Below are positions 9,842 through 20,557 of a DNA stretch of 64,000 nt, in pieces (within the stretch, counting starts at the first letter, position 1; the number at the start of each line of letters is the position of its first letter). Below the pieces are notes generated by a model that saw nothing but the letters and a program-made list of their open reading frames with translations, had not been told where the DNA came from and did no database searches. The DNA is from Candidatus Bathyarchaeota archaeon (GTDB taxonomy: Archaea; Thermoproteota; Bathyarchaeia; Bathyarchaeales; Bathycorpusculaceae): the NCBI GenBank assembly GCA_963806535.1, contig CAWDYC010000004.1, forward strand, positions 256,001 to 320,000, written 5' to 3'. The position numbers and the translations under genes are program-made.

Positions 9842-10213
9842 TTAATGGATTGTTGGGGCTTTTAGGACTGTTGTCATGAAACCCTTGATTTTGTCTTGCG
9901 AGTTGAGGATGGTTTCGATGGTTTGTGCTCCTTTTTCGGTTAGTTTGTAGATTCTTTTTCTTTCAATCCATATTCCTTCGACTAAGCCGTTTCGTTCAAG
10001 CGAGTAGAGTAGTGAGTAGACTGTGCCTGAACTGGCTAAGAATCCGAATTTGTTGTGTATGTATGATATTACGTCGTATCCGCTTATGGGTCCGTTTTGT
10101 AATTCGCCCATTATTATTGTGTCCATGAAACTTTTGATTACTCTTTCATGCATTTTTTTTATTATTCTTGCTTCTGATTTTTCACCGTTTACTGTTATTG
10201 TTAAAGCTACCAT
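9842..10213 (-). CDS. PadR family transcriptional regulator
   Basis: SGYDVI, SGTVYSLLYSLERNGL, RIYKLTEKG. Confidence 0.9.
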   Translation of the reverse strand: MVALTITVNGEKSEARIIKKMHERVIKSFMDTIIMGELQNGPISGYDVISYIHNKFGFLASSGTVYSLLYSLERNGLVEGIWIERKRIYKLTEKGAQTIETILNSQDKIKGFMTTVLKAPTIH

Positions 10214-10609
10214 ATTTTTACACGCTCACTATTGTTTATTCATGTTTAGATATATAAGATTTATTCGGATTTAGAATAACATGTTATAACAAAACCCAAA
10301 AAGTATAAACAAACTTCTCCCTGTGAAACTGATAAACCGATCACATTTAACGATTTAGCGCTTTCACATATTATGCCATATCGAGGTAGACAGATCACAG
10401 AATTTTACATGAAAGTGTCATAGAGCTCCGATTATATTCAAAAATTTTTCATTTTTCATATACATACATACATAGAACATTCGAGCAATTTTACTGCAAA
10501 AATTCGTTTTCCCTTCTCTCAAAGCCAGTTTTTAATAGCTACCGATATATGTGCATGTTACGAAACGTTATCTCTTCTTTTAGGCTAAAAAGGGTACGGT
10601 GCCTTTAAA

Positions 10610-12245
10610 TTGATTTCATGGAAATATACATTTAAACGATTAAATGAAGAATACGATATCGCTAAACGAAAAAAGCAAGCGTTAGATAACCTTTTTGAAA
10701 CCGGCAAAATTTCGCAGTCAACACGCGATTCTTTTAACGGCGAAATCAATGCAGCAATAGCCACAATCGAAAAACAGCAAAAAGAATTAATTGACAGCAT
10801 GGCAGGAAAAACTCAGGAACTGGAAAACCAAATAAAAATGTTAGAAACACTTCTTGCTAACTATGAGATTCAGCATGTCGTAGGCGAAATTGACGAGGAC
10901 ATCTACCAAAGAGAAATAAGCCTACTTACAACAGGGCTAGAAACAACCAAAAACGAGCTAAACACAATAAAACAAGTCACAAACCAACTTTCTCCAACAG
11001 CCCCAGCAATCCAAGCGCCAGCCGCTCCAGAACCAGCAGCCCCAATTGTCGAAGCTGAAATTGCACAACCAGTAATAGCAGAACCAACACCTGTAGAAGC
11101 TCCAGTTGAAGCCGCTCCAATTGAAACTGTAGTAGAACCAGCTCCAATTGAAACTGCTCCAGCTGAGATTCCAATTGAAACTGTAAAAGCAGAAGCGACT
11201 CCAGCGGAAAGCGCTCCAATAGAAACAGCGCCCGTAGAACCAGCGCCAGTAGAAACTGTTCAAGCGCCAATCGAAGCTGCTCCAGTTGAAACAGCGCCAA
11301 TAGAAGCCGCTCCAATTGTTGAAGCCCCAGTTGAAGTTACGCCAGTTGAAACCCCAATTATAGAAACAGTTCCCGTCGAAGCCCCGCCAGCAGAGACAAT
11401 CGCTCCAGTTGAAACAACCCCTGTTGCTGAAGCTGCCCCCATTGAGATGCCAACAGTCGAAGTAGCTCAAATTGAAGCTCCCATAATCGAAGCTGCTCCG
11501 GTTGAGACTCCAACGGTCGAAGCGACCCCAATAGAAGCCCCACCGATTGAAGTTCCAGTTGAAGCTGCACCAGTTGAAACCTCAATTATCGAGACAGCGC
11601 CAGTCGAAGCTACCTCGGTTGAGACAACTCCCGTTGTTGAAGCTACACCAATTGAAGCTCCAATCCTCGAAGTTGCCCCAATTGAAGCTCCTGTTGAATC
11701 TCCAACTGTTGAAGTCGCTCCAACAGAAACCGCTCCAATCGAAGCTGTTCCAGCTGAAGAAGCTCCAATCGCTCCCCCAGAACCAGAAGTCCAAATAATA
11801 AATGAACCAACACCTGAAATTGCTCCTCAAGAACCAGCAGTAACTGAGCCAGCGCCACAAGAACCAATCATAAATATGGAAGCAGCTCCAGTTGAACCAG
11901 CTCCAATAGTAGAGCAGCCATAGTAATTGAGCAGCCAATCGTTGAAGCAGCAAACATTACGCCAACTGAAGTAATTGCTGAGCCAACAACAAGAGCAGCC
12001 AACAGTTGAAGAAGTTCCACTTCAAGATTTTGAAGTTACCGAACCAGTTCAAATTGAAACTACCCTTGAAAAAGTAATGGATCCAACAATAGAAACCATC
12101 TACTCCAGTCATAGTCGAGGAGGCTATAATTCCAGCCCACCCTATGGAAGCGCCCCACGTGGCGCAGACGGAAATGGTAGCAAACGCAGAAGCCGCAACA
12201 ACCGCAACAGAAACAGAAGACTCCAGTGAAGAAAAATCTGAATAA
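10610..12245 (+). CDS. CdvA-like coiled-coil protein with long acidic Pro/Ala/Glu tail (indels after 11920)
   Basis: ~120-aa coiled coil (ALDNLFETGKISQST, IQHVVGEIDED) followed by E-A-A-P-I/V repeats; acidic frame resumes to TAA 12243-12245. Confidence 0.7.
11000..11960 (+). repeat. Degenerate 15-nt coding tandem repeat (GAAGCTGCTCCAATT-like)
   Basis: Pentapeptide periodicity EAAPI/ETAPV/EATPI. Confidence 0.85.
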
Positions 12246-12400
12246 TCGTATCTCTTTAATTTCTTTTCTTTTTTATTTTTTGTTTAAAATAACTTTCAAT
12301 AATTTTAATCAAGATCGGTTTAGAATAATCTTCTGGTTTCTGTGTGAGTGAAAAAATTGTTTTTTGTTGCTTTTTAGATTTAGCAATTGTTTTGGTCTTA

Positions 12401-12460
12401 GGTTGCGTCCCAATTCGTCCCAAAAAGGCCAGAAACGTCTAAAAATGTCCCAAAAAGACT
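12401..12460. repeat. 10-bp phased array of six units (consensus caaaaNGTCC)
   Basis: ggttgcGTCC caattcGTCC caaaaaGGCC agaaacGTCT aaaaatGTCC caaaaaGACT. Confidence 0.7.
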
Positions 12461-12467
12461 CGAGCGA

Positions 12468-13224
12468 TTAGGTTTTCAAAAGGGTTTGCAGAAGTTTAAT
12501 GGCTGCCCACGCTGCTAATGCGCTGGTGTGTGGATTATCAGGGTGTGGATCGTTTGCAAAACGCAGAAACATTTCGCCAAATCGCCATTTAACCTGAATC
12601 TCATGCGTGTTACGCTGAACTGTTGGGTCGGAAACGACTTTGACTTTTACTTTGGTTGGTTTAACAGTTAACGCTAAAGTTGCTGCAACATTCATTTCTC
12701 GGGGAAACTTTCTTGCTGCTTCTTCAGCGTAGCCTTCGTAAATCACTTTTTCTTCTTTGCTGTCGTTTCCAAAGGCTTTGGGGTTTTTTCGTGAAGTCAA
12801 AGTAATCTCGTCGATGCCTGCTAATGCTGCGCTGGAAAGTGCATCTAAGCCGCCGATAGCGCCTGAAGGAACATGAACCCTGCTCAAATCAACATTTAAA
12901 TCCAGTAGTGCGCCTGTGCTCATAACTATTAGCTCGGTTCCTAGAAGCAACAATTTTGGGCACATAATCTTTTGCCGCTTGCTGAGACGCCGCTTCCACA
13001 ATAACCTTAGGCTTTAGTGCAAGTAGTTCGTCAACGCTTTCAACAATTTTTACTGGAAACTTGATTGTGCTTTTGAGTTTTTGTGCTTTTGAAGCGTCAA
13101 AGTCATAAACAACCAGTTCGTCGCAGATTACAAGTTTTCTTTCTATGGCTTCAGCTAGTACTGTGCCAATTGCACCGCACCCTATCAAACCAACCTTTAT
13201 TTTTTTTAAGTCACTTTCTATCAT
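12468..13224 (-). CDS. nadX: L-aspartate dehydrogenase (frameshift ~12945)
   Basis: GLIGCGAIG, EAAS, PSGAIGGLD, NVAATL, NPHTSALAA. Confidence 0.88.
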
Positions 13225-13234
13225 AATTTGAGTC

Positions 13235-15704
13235 TCAAGCGATTGTGACTATAATATCGGCGGGATCAATTTGCTCGCTGTCACTCTTGCCGTCATATTC
13301 AACTGTAACATTGTTGAGATCTTCAACCTTCAAAGTTCCTGCAATATCTGCCTTTCCTTCAATTATAACCTTAGCGTTTTCGCTGTTAGCCGTGCGGATT
13401 ACCACATTTTTAAGCGGCAAATTAAGCGGTAGTTTTTTCTCTGCCTTTGTCTGTCGTCCCTCGCTGATGACAGCAATAATTAAGTCACCTTTCTTTTCTG
13501 CCTCTTCATCCACAAGTGCCGCATTAAATTTGGGCCATTGTGAAATCTGCAGGCTTTCAAAGCCTTTGTTTTCGATGAACATGTGCTGGTAAATCTCTTC
13601 CGTTAAGTGAGGTGTTACTGGCGCAAGCAATTGCAGTATACGATAGAGCACTTCGTAGAGCGTTTGTTGTGCTGCTACCTTTTTTGCTTGATTTTGAGAG
13701 TCAGTATTGTAGAGTCTGTCTTTTACTGCTTCAACATAGTAGTCGCAGAAAACATGCCAAGTGAAATTGCGCACATCTTCAACTGCTACGTTAAATTGAC
13801 ATTTTTCAAAAGCTTCGGTGACTTTTTTTGTGAGGTTTTCGGCTTTGCTAATTATCCATTTGTCAAGAGGCTGAAGATCTATATCCTTGGCTTCAACTGG
13901 CTTGTAATCTTCTAAGAGTTTGCTTGTAAAGCTTGACACGTTCCAAAGCTTATTTAGAAAACGTCTGCCATACTCAACATCTTGCGCCCGATACGGAATG
14001 TCTGAGCCTGTTGCTCCTCCGCCTGCAGCCCACTGCCTTGTTGCATCTGCCCCATTTTTGTTTAGCACTTCAGGAGCCGCAGCGTAGTTCTTGAGTGATT
14101 TGCTCATTTTTCTGCCATCTGCGCCCAGCACCATGCCGTTTATGAGGACACTGTTGAATGGGCGTTCATCGAATAGGGCTAAGTGGCGTACCATGAGGTA
14201 GTATGCCCAGGTTCGGATGATGTCTGTGCCTGATGGATGAATGCTTGCGGGGAACAGGTGCTTCCAGTCAGGGCGGTCTGGCCAGCCTGCATGAACAGCG
14301 CATGTTATTGAGGAATCCATCCATGTATCCAAAACGTCGGTTTCACCCGTGAATTCGTGTTCCGCCGCATTTGGGGCATTTGTCAATTCGAGGTTTTTCC
14401 ATTCTCGGATCAATTGGCACCCAGTTTTCTTGAGCAACAATGACTTCGCCACAAGTTTTGCAGTACCAAACTGGAATTGGCGTTGCAAACAATCTTTGAC
14501 GGCTAACAACCCAATCCCAATCCAGTGATCGTGTCCAATCGATTAAGCGGTTTTTCATGTAGTCTGGGTACCATGGAATCTCGTTAGCGTTTTTCTCCAC
14601 TGCCTCAGATAATGGCATGGTTTTCATGAACCATTGTTTAACCTCTAAGATTTCGACTTGGGCTTTGCAGCGGTCGCAGACGCCTACTTCCTGTTGAATC
14701 TTTTCACTCTTCTCTAGTAACCCTGCCGCAGTTAAGTCTGCAACGATAGCTGCTCGTGCTTGGTTAACGTATAAGCCAGCGTATTTGCAGCCTGCTTCGC
14801 TGATTTTGCCACTTTCAGTTAACAGTCGGATAACTGGAAGTTTATGTTTGATAACGGTTTTTACATCTTCTTTGTCGCCGTAAGTGCAAATTTGAACAAC
14901 GCCTGTGCCAAAGCAGGGGTCTACTGATTCTTCGCTAATGATGGTTACTTCGCGGTTCATTAGGGGCACAGCGATTTTTCTGCCAATGTATTTGCTGTAC
15001 CGTTCGTCTTTTGGGTTAACTTCAACGGCGACGCATGCGGGTATGAATTCGGGACGTGAAGTTGCTATTAGTAGGTATTCGCTGCTGCCTTCTAGTTGGA
15101 AGCGTATGTAATGCAGGGTTCCTTCTTTTTTGATGTGGTCAACTTCGGCGTCGGCGATGGCGGTTTCGTCTCTGGGACACCAATTCACTGGGTGAGTGCC
15201 TTGGTACATGTAACCTTTTTTGTGAAGAAGCACAAAACTCAGCTGGGTTCTGCGCCAATAATCTGGATCCATCGTTTTGTATTCTGTGGTCCAATCGATA
15301 CTGGCACCCATCTTGAGTAACCCTTCTTTCATTATGCCAATGTATTTCTCAACCAGCTCAATGCACCATGCGCGGAATTGGTCGGGAGGTACATCGCGTT
15401 TGCGGATGTTTCTTGCTTTTTCAACTTGGATTTCTATGCCTAATCCGTGGCAGTCCCAGCCTTGGGGGAAAAGCACGTTGAAGCCTTGCATTCGTTTGTA
15501 TCTGGCCACCATGTCAAAGTAGGTCCAGTTCAAAACGTTGCCCATATGCAACTCGCCTGAAGGGTAAGGCGGAGGAGTGTCTATGCTAAATGGAACTCGC
15601 TGTTTATCGTTCCAATCATAGTGGTAAATGCCCATTTCTTCCCATTTCTGCTGCCATTTACGCTCAATCTCTGTGAAATTGTATTCTTTAGGCATAGGCT
15701 GCAT
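13235..15704 (-). CDS. valS: Valyl-tRNA synthetase (frameshift ~14360)
   Basis: DTPPPYPSGELHMGN, DVLDTWMDSS, KMSKS. Confidence 0.95.
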
Positions 15705-15826
15705 GCTATTAGTCCTCGGTAGTATGATGGCTTAGGGAAAACAAGAAAATCACCTAAAAACATTACCCTATTAAACGCCAGAACATTTGTCCCTTGATGC
15801 AAACCTTGGGCTGCTAGTTTAATTGA

Positions 15827-16253
15827 CTAATTCCTATTGATGCTTTCAAAAAACTCTCTGGGGGTAAGTATTCTGGTTTTTCTAAACTTATCAAGTCTGA
15901 GAAGGTGTTTGTCTCCTGAGACGATTATGTCCGCTCTTGATGCGAGTGCACATTCTAGAATTTTGTTATCTTGCCGTATCTTCCTCAATAATGCATAGTT
16001 TCAATTTAGGATCAACTATTGTTGAGCTTGTCTGGATAGCTCGAAGAATCTCTTTTTCGTTTACATTTGCCTTGTTTAGAATTTTAGCTATTTTGGGGTA
16101 TAATAGGACTTTAGATATTTCTAAAATGATGTCTTTGCTAATGTAAACTGTTAGTTCTTGTTTTGTTTGAAAAAACTCGTTTGCGAGAATTTTTTTCATG
16201 AAGAGTGAAAGCCATACATTGGTGTCGAAAACTACTTTGACCTTCTTGCCCAC
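15827..16253 (-). CDS. PIN-domain toxin (frameshift ~15970)
   Basis: VVFDTNV N-terminus; second frame DNKILECA...IVSGDKHLL...ILTPREF. Confidence 0.85.
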
Positions 16254-16495
16254 TCGACTGCCTCAGCCACAATTGCATCAACGTCAACAGATTCTTCACA
16301 TGTTGCTTTTTGAATTCTTTTTGTTATGTCCTCAACGGATGCTTCCTTGGTTTTCCTGAGTAGTATGTCTCCGTTGTGAGTAAGTACCAGAAGCTTCTCG
16401 CCGCCTTTCACTCCCAATTTCTTGCGGACTTCTCGGGGGATTACTACTTGACCTTTGGATGAAACCTTAATTATATCTTCGATTTCCTCTGTCAT
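16232..16495 (-). CDS. AbrB/MazE family antitoxin
   Basis: VSSKGQVVIPREVRKKLG; overlaps the PIN gene. Confidence 0.9.
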   Translation of the reverse strand: MTEEIEDIIKVSSKGQVVIPREVRKKLGVKGGEKLLVLTHNGDILLRKTKEASVEDITKRIQKATCEESVDVDAIVAEAVEWARRSK

Positions 16496-16623
16496 AAATT
16501 AATGAAATATTTTACAAGTAAATAAATTTTTACATTTATTTGCGTAGCAGTCGAAGGCAGATTAAAAAAAGAAAAAATAAAAAGTTGCTAAGGCGGGTCT
16601 TTTGTTTTGAAGGACAGGTAAGT

Positions 16624-17424
16624 TTATCGGTTTCTTTCGCTTCGCACGAAGAGGAACGTTCCAATCACGAAAGATGCTATCGAAATTGCAGCGACTATCA
16701 CTAAATCGAGGAATGGGGTTGTACATGGCTATTTGGCTATAGAATGGTGTGCCTTGATAGACTAGTCCTCTTAGCAAATCAACTAGGTAAGTCATTGGCA
16801 TGGCATGTGATAAAGCGCCTAAGACTCCGCTGGAATTGTTTATGGGTATGAATGCGCCTGAGAGGAACATTTGAGCAAATACGAACATGATTACGCCTTT
16901 GTCTGCTGTTTTTGGGCTGCTGCTAAATATGCTGGCAACTAATACGCCAAGTGTTCCGCCTGATATGCAGATAAGTGGTGCCAATACAGAGGATCCAGCC
17001 GATTGCTGATAACCCAATGGATATTCCCATAACTAGGGCTATGATGACGAATGCGAAAAGCTGCAGTATGGCAGTGATGCTGCCACCAACAATTTTGCCC
17101 AGAATGATGGAATACCGTGATATTGGAGCTACAAAGATTTCTTGTGTAAAATCGTTTTCTCGGTCTTCAACAAGCGATGTGACACTCATCATAGTGTTCA
17201 TGGCAATTGTTGCGGCGACCATTCCTAAAAGCGCAAACTGAAGATAATTGTAACCTAAACCAACACCCAAGTTTTGGGCAATGCTACCACCTAGAATGCC
17301 CAGAAACAGGACTGGAAACATAAGGCTAAAAACAAGCGAAGTTTTCCAATCTTTAAAGAATCGCAAGTACCTCTCGGGCAGCAATAACTAATATTGCGTT
17401 GAGGTCTTTTTGAAGTGGCTTCAT
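16624..17424 (-). CDS. ABC-2 type exporter permease (frameshifted)
   Basis: EDRENDFTQEIFVAPISR, FLSGAFIP, PMTYLVD. Confidence 0.88.
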
Positions 17425-18375
17425 TAAATTGTGACCTCCTCGGTTTTATTTTCGATTAAATTCATGTAAGCTTCTTCAAGGGTTGGCGTATGGAGCTCCA
17501 TGCAAGTTAGAGGCATCTTGATTTGGGCTAGAATTTGCTGTGGGGTTTGTTGCTCAAAATAGATTTTGAACTTGCCATCTTCCGTTAGTTTCTGATTTAA
17601 AGTTCTCAATCTGGGAACTCAACATGCCTCGGTTTTCAGCATCTAGGACGAGGTATTTGCCAAGTAAACGGTTCTTCATCTCGCTTGGTGTTCCCAGAAA
17701 AATGATTTGGCCATGATTTACTATGCATACTCTGTCGGCGTTTTCGGCTTCTTCGATGTAGTGAGTGGTTAGGAATATTGTGGTGTTTTGGGTTTTGGCT
17801 ACATTTCGTAAATAGATCCATAGATCTCTGCGGGAAACGGCATCTAAGCCTTGACTTGGCTCATCTAAGAACAGCACTTTGGGCTTTTGCATTAATCCGC
17901 GGATGATTTCTAACTTACGCTTCATTCCACCTGAGAAGGTTTTAAGGGGTTTGAACAGGTCCTCGCGTATGCCCATAAACCCGGCCATCTCTAAAACCTG
18001 ATTTTGATATTCCTTGGGCATGAGTCGAAAGAATGGCTTGTAAGGATAGACGCCGTAGAGGTTTACGTGTAAACGTATGTTTTCTTCGGCCGATAGGTTG
18101 AGGTCTAAGCTTGGATTCTGGAAAATGATTCCGACATTTTCGCGTACATTTTTTGCTTGGGTGCTTACGTCGTAGCCTGCTATGGTTATGTTTCCGCTTG
18201 TTTTTGCCAGTGTTGTGGTTAGGATTGATATTGTGGTTGTTTTGCCTGCTCCGTTGGGTCCGAGAAATGCGAAGAATTCGCCGGGTTGCACATCGAAACT
18301 GATGTTGTTTACGGCAGGTTTCTCGGTTTTGCGGTAGCGTTTGGTTAGTTTTTCTACGTGTATGATTGGTTGCAT
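17424..18375 (-). CDS. ABC exporter ATPase, DrrA-like (frameshift ~17600)
   Basis: GPNGAGKT, FSGGMKRKLE, FLDEP, TTHY, PTLEEAY. Confidence 0.9.
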
Positions 18376-18392
18376 TTTTTTACCTTCAATTT

Positions 18393-18469
18393 ATTTAACA
18401 TTGTTAAATTAACTTAACATTGTTAAATAAATACTTAACGCTGTTAAATTATCATTTAACGTGGTTAAA
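18393..18469. promoter_or_regulatory. Four tandem palindromic operators TTAAC-N3-GTTAA
   Basis: Sites at 18395-18407, 18414-18426, 18435-18447 and 18456-18468, between divergent ABC and TetR genes. Confidence 0.85.
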
Positions 18470-18501
18470 ACATATAAACAGCCAACACGCAATCAATAAT
18501 A

Positions 18502-19179
18502 ATGAAAACAAGAAAAACCAAAACACCACACATACAACCAGACGCCGTCATAAAAGCAGCACTAGAAATACTAGATGCAGAAGGCTTAGAAAACGTAACC
18601 CTAAGACGCATAGCAGCAAAACTCAACGTACAAGCACCCGCCCTATACTGGCACTTCAAAGACAAACAAGACATCACAGAAGACATGGCCCAAACCATCC
18701 TCACAAACGCAAAACTCGACAACTTCACCCCACCAACCGACATCAACAACTGGCCTCAATGGCTAGCAGACTTAATGCATTGCCTACGTAACGCACTAAT
18801 TGCTCACAGAGACGGCGGACGCGTTGTTGCGGGAGCATCGTTTGGTCGCGCCTACGCTTTAGAAAAAATGTTAGCTCAAATTGCCAGGGTTTTAAACAAA
18901 GCTGGATTTGACAGCCTTCCTGCAGGTCTAGCTGCCGCCACAATAATCGATTACGTTTGGGGCTTTGTAATTGAAGAGCAAGCGGGCACTGAACCCGAAG
19001 CACTCATAGCGCACTTAGCCAACCCGCAACATACCCAATCCATCAGGACTAATTCAGAAGACGACGCATTCCTAAGCGCCTTCATGGAAGAATACCGCAA
19101 AACAACGCCAACAGAAACTTTTGACTGGGGCTTACAGGTAATAATAACTGGCCTAAAATGCACAATACCCAAACAGTAA
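18502..19179 (+). CDS. TetR family repressor with TetR_C domain
   Basis: AALEILDAEGLENVTLRRIAAKLNVQAPALYWHFKDK; HRDGGR. Confidence 0.92.
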   Translation: MKTRKTKTPHIQPDAVIKAALEILDAEGLENVTLRRIAAKLNVQAPALYWHFKDKQDITEDMAQTILTNAKLDNFTPPTDINNWPQWLADLMHCLRNALIAHRDGGRVVAGASFGRAYALEKMLAQIARVLNKAGFDSLPAGLAAATIIDYVWGFVIEEQAGTEPEALIAHLANPQHTQSIRTNSEDDAFLSAFMEEYRKTTPTETFDWGLQVIITGLKCTIPKQ

Positions 19180-19233
19180 ATTTTTCGTAAAGCTAAAATA
19201 AAAGTAGTATGTTTTGATTATTCTAATAAGGTA

Positions 19234-19326
19234 ATTCGGGGAGCTGGGAAATTGACCTGGCTGAGAGGGCAACTGTTTGTTGCCGACCCAATGAACCTGA
19301 ACCAGGTAATACTGGCGGAGGGAAAA
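19234..19326 (+). promoter_or_regulatory. TPP (THI-box) riboswitch
   Basis: Conserved elements in order: GGGGAGC, GCTGAGAG, GACCC, GAACCTGA, CCAG-GTAATA-CTGG, GCGGAGGGAA; upstream of a thiamine-related operon. Confidence 0.93.
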
Positions 19327-19329
19327 GAC

Positions 19330-19875
19330 GTGAACATAAATCTAATAAATAAAACAGACAAAAAACAATTTTCTCAGACAAAAAGAGTAGCGTTAACAGG
19401 AGTTATGGCAGCGTTAATTGCTGTTACAACTATTATTGCCATACCTTTGCCGCCCCCGCTCTCAACCATTAATCTCGCGCCTGTAATAATATTCGTAGTT
19501 TGCATTCTCCTTGGACCAATTTTTGGCTTAACCTCAACTGTTATCGGATGTGGCATTGGATACTTGGCTGGAACAAGCCTTGGGACAATAATTGTTCCCC
19601 CCGGATTTCTATACATATACTTGGTTGGTTTAGTCGTTGCCAGAGGTCCAATGGCTTTAGCTGTAGGTGCTTTAAGAAAGAAAAGTGAAATAACAGGGAT
19701 GGTTCTCGGCGTCATTATTGAAACGGCTATTTTCTTTAGCATCGATTTTGTCTTATTTGGGCTTGGATTCGCTGTGTTTGACTTGGGGACTCTTGTTGAT
19801 TTAGTCTTCGTACCGATAACGGTAGCAGTTCTCATTGCTGTAAGAAGAATTTTAGATACCAAGTATCTATCATAG
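19330..19875 (+). CDS. ECF transporter S-component (probable thiamine/precursor uptake)
   Basis: ALTGVMAALIAV, INLAP, LGP motifs and about six TM segments; GTG start 8 nt after GGAGG. Confidence 0.8.
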   Translation: MNINLINKTDKKQFSQTKRVALTGVMAALIAVTTIIAIPLPPPLSTINLAPVIIFVVCILLGPIFGLTSTVIGCGIGYLAGTSLGTIIVPPGFLYIYLVGLVVARGPMALAVGALRKKSEITGMVLGVIIETAIFFSIDFVLFGLGFAVFDLGTLVDLVFVPITVAVLIAVRRILDTKYLS

Positions 19876-19885
19876 ATGACAAAAA

Positions 19886-20557
19886 ATGCTTGACAATATG
19901 GATTTTGAGCAGGAGCAAACGGCTAAGCATTATGAAGAGTACTATGAGACTAAATACAAAAGGGCCGACCAGCTCGAAAAGAAACTTTTAACACAACTTT
20001 TCTCTAAATTTTCGGACGTAAAAAACGTTTTAGAAGTTGGTTGTGGAACTGGTCACTTCACTAGGTGGATGGACTCTTTAGACTTAGAATCAATAGGTGT
20101 TGACAAGTCTAAGAGCATGCTCGAAGAAGCAAAAGGGCGCTGGTCTCAAGGAACCTTGTTACAGACCGAAGGAAGCCGCTTACCATTTAAAGATAAATCA
20201 TTTGACGTTGTTGCGTTTATCACTAGCTTGGAATTTATGCCAAATGCCACGTTGGCAATTAATGAAGCCGCAAGAGTCGGGAAAAGAGGCATTATCTTAG
20301 GTTTGATGAACAAAAACAGCACAAGCACTCTAAAAAAGAGAATTCAAGTGACAACAAAAAATAACTCATTTTATCAACAGGCAAAGTTTTATTCGATATC
20401 AGACATAAAGAATTTAATAGAAAAAACTCCTGGAAAGCTCGAGATCACATTTTGGGCATCGACAGTTTTTTCCAAACCTTTCAATAAGATGGAGTCATCA
20501 CGTTTTCCTTTTGGAGCATTTCTTGGAATAGCAATAAAATTAAGGGATAATTCATGA
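19886..20557 (+). CDS. Class I SAM-dependent methyltransferase
   Basis: VLEVGCGTG, GVDKS, LPFKDKSFD. Confidence 0.9.
   Translation: MLDNMDFEQEQTAKHYEEYYETKYKRADQLEKKLLTQLFSKFSDVKNVLEVGCGTGHFTRWMDSLDLESIGVDKSKSMLEEAKGRWSQGTLLQTEGSRLPFKDKSFDVVAFITSLEFMPNATLAINEAARVGKRGIILGLMNKNSTSTLKKRIQVTTKNNSFYQQAKFYSISDIKNLIEKTPGKLEITFWASTVFSKPFNKMESSRFPFGAFLGIAIKLRDNS

Noticed and set aside
10958-11953. Trp/Cys-rich and Leu-rich antisense ORFs
   Set aside because: Shadows of the 15-nt coding repeat on the plus strand
19252-19329. N-terminal extension of the ECF S-component in the ORF track
   Set aside because: It overlaps the TPP aptamer; GTG 19330 with an SD is the better start
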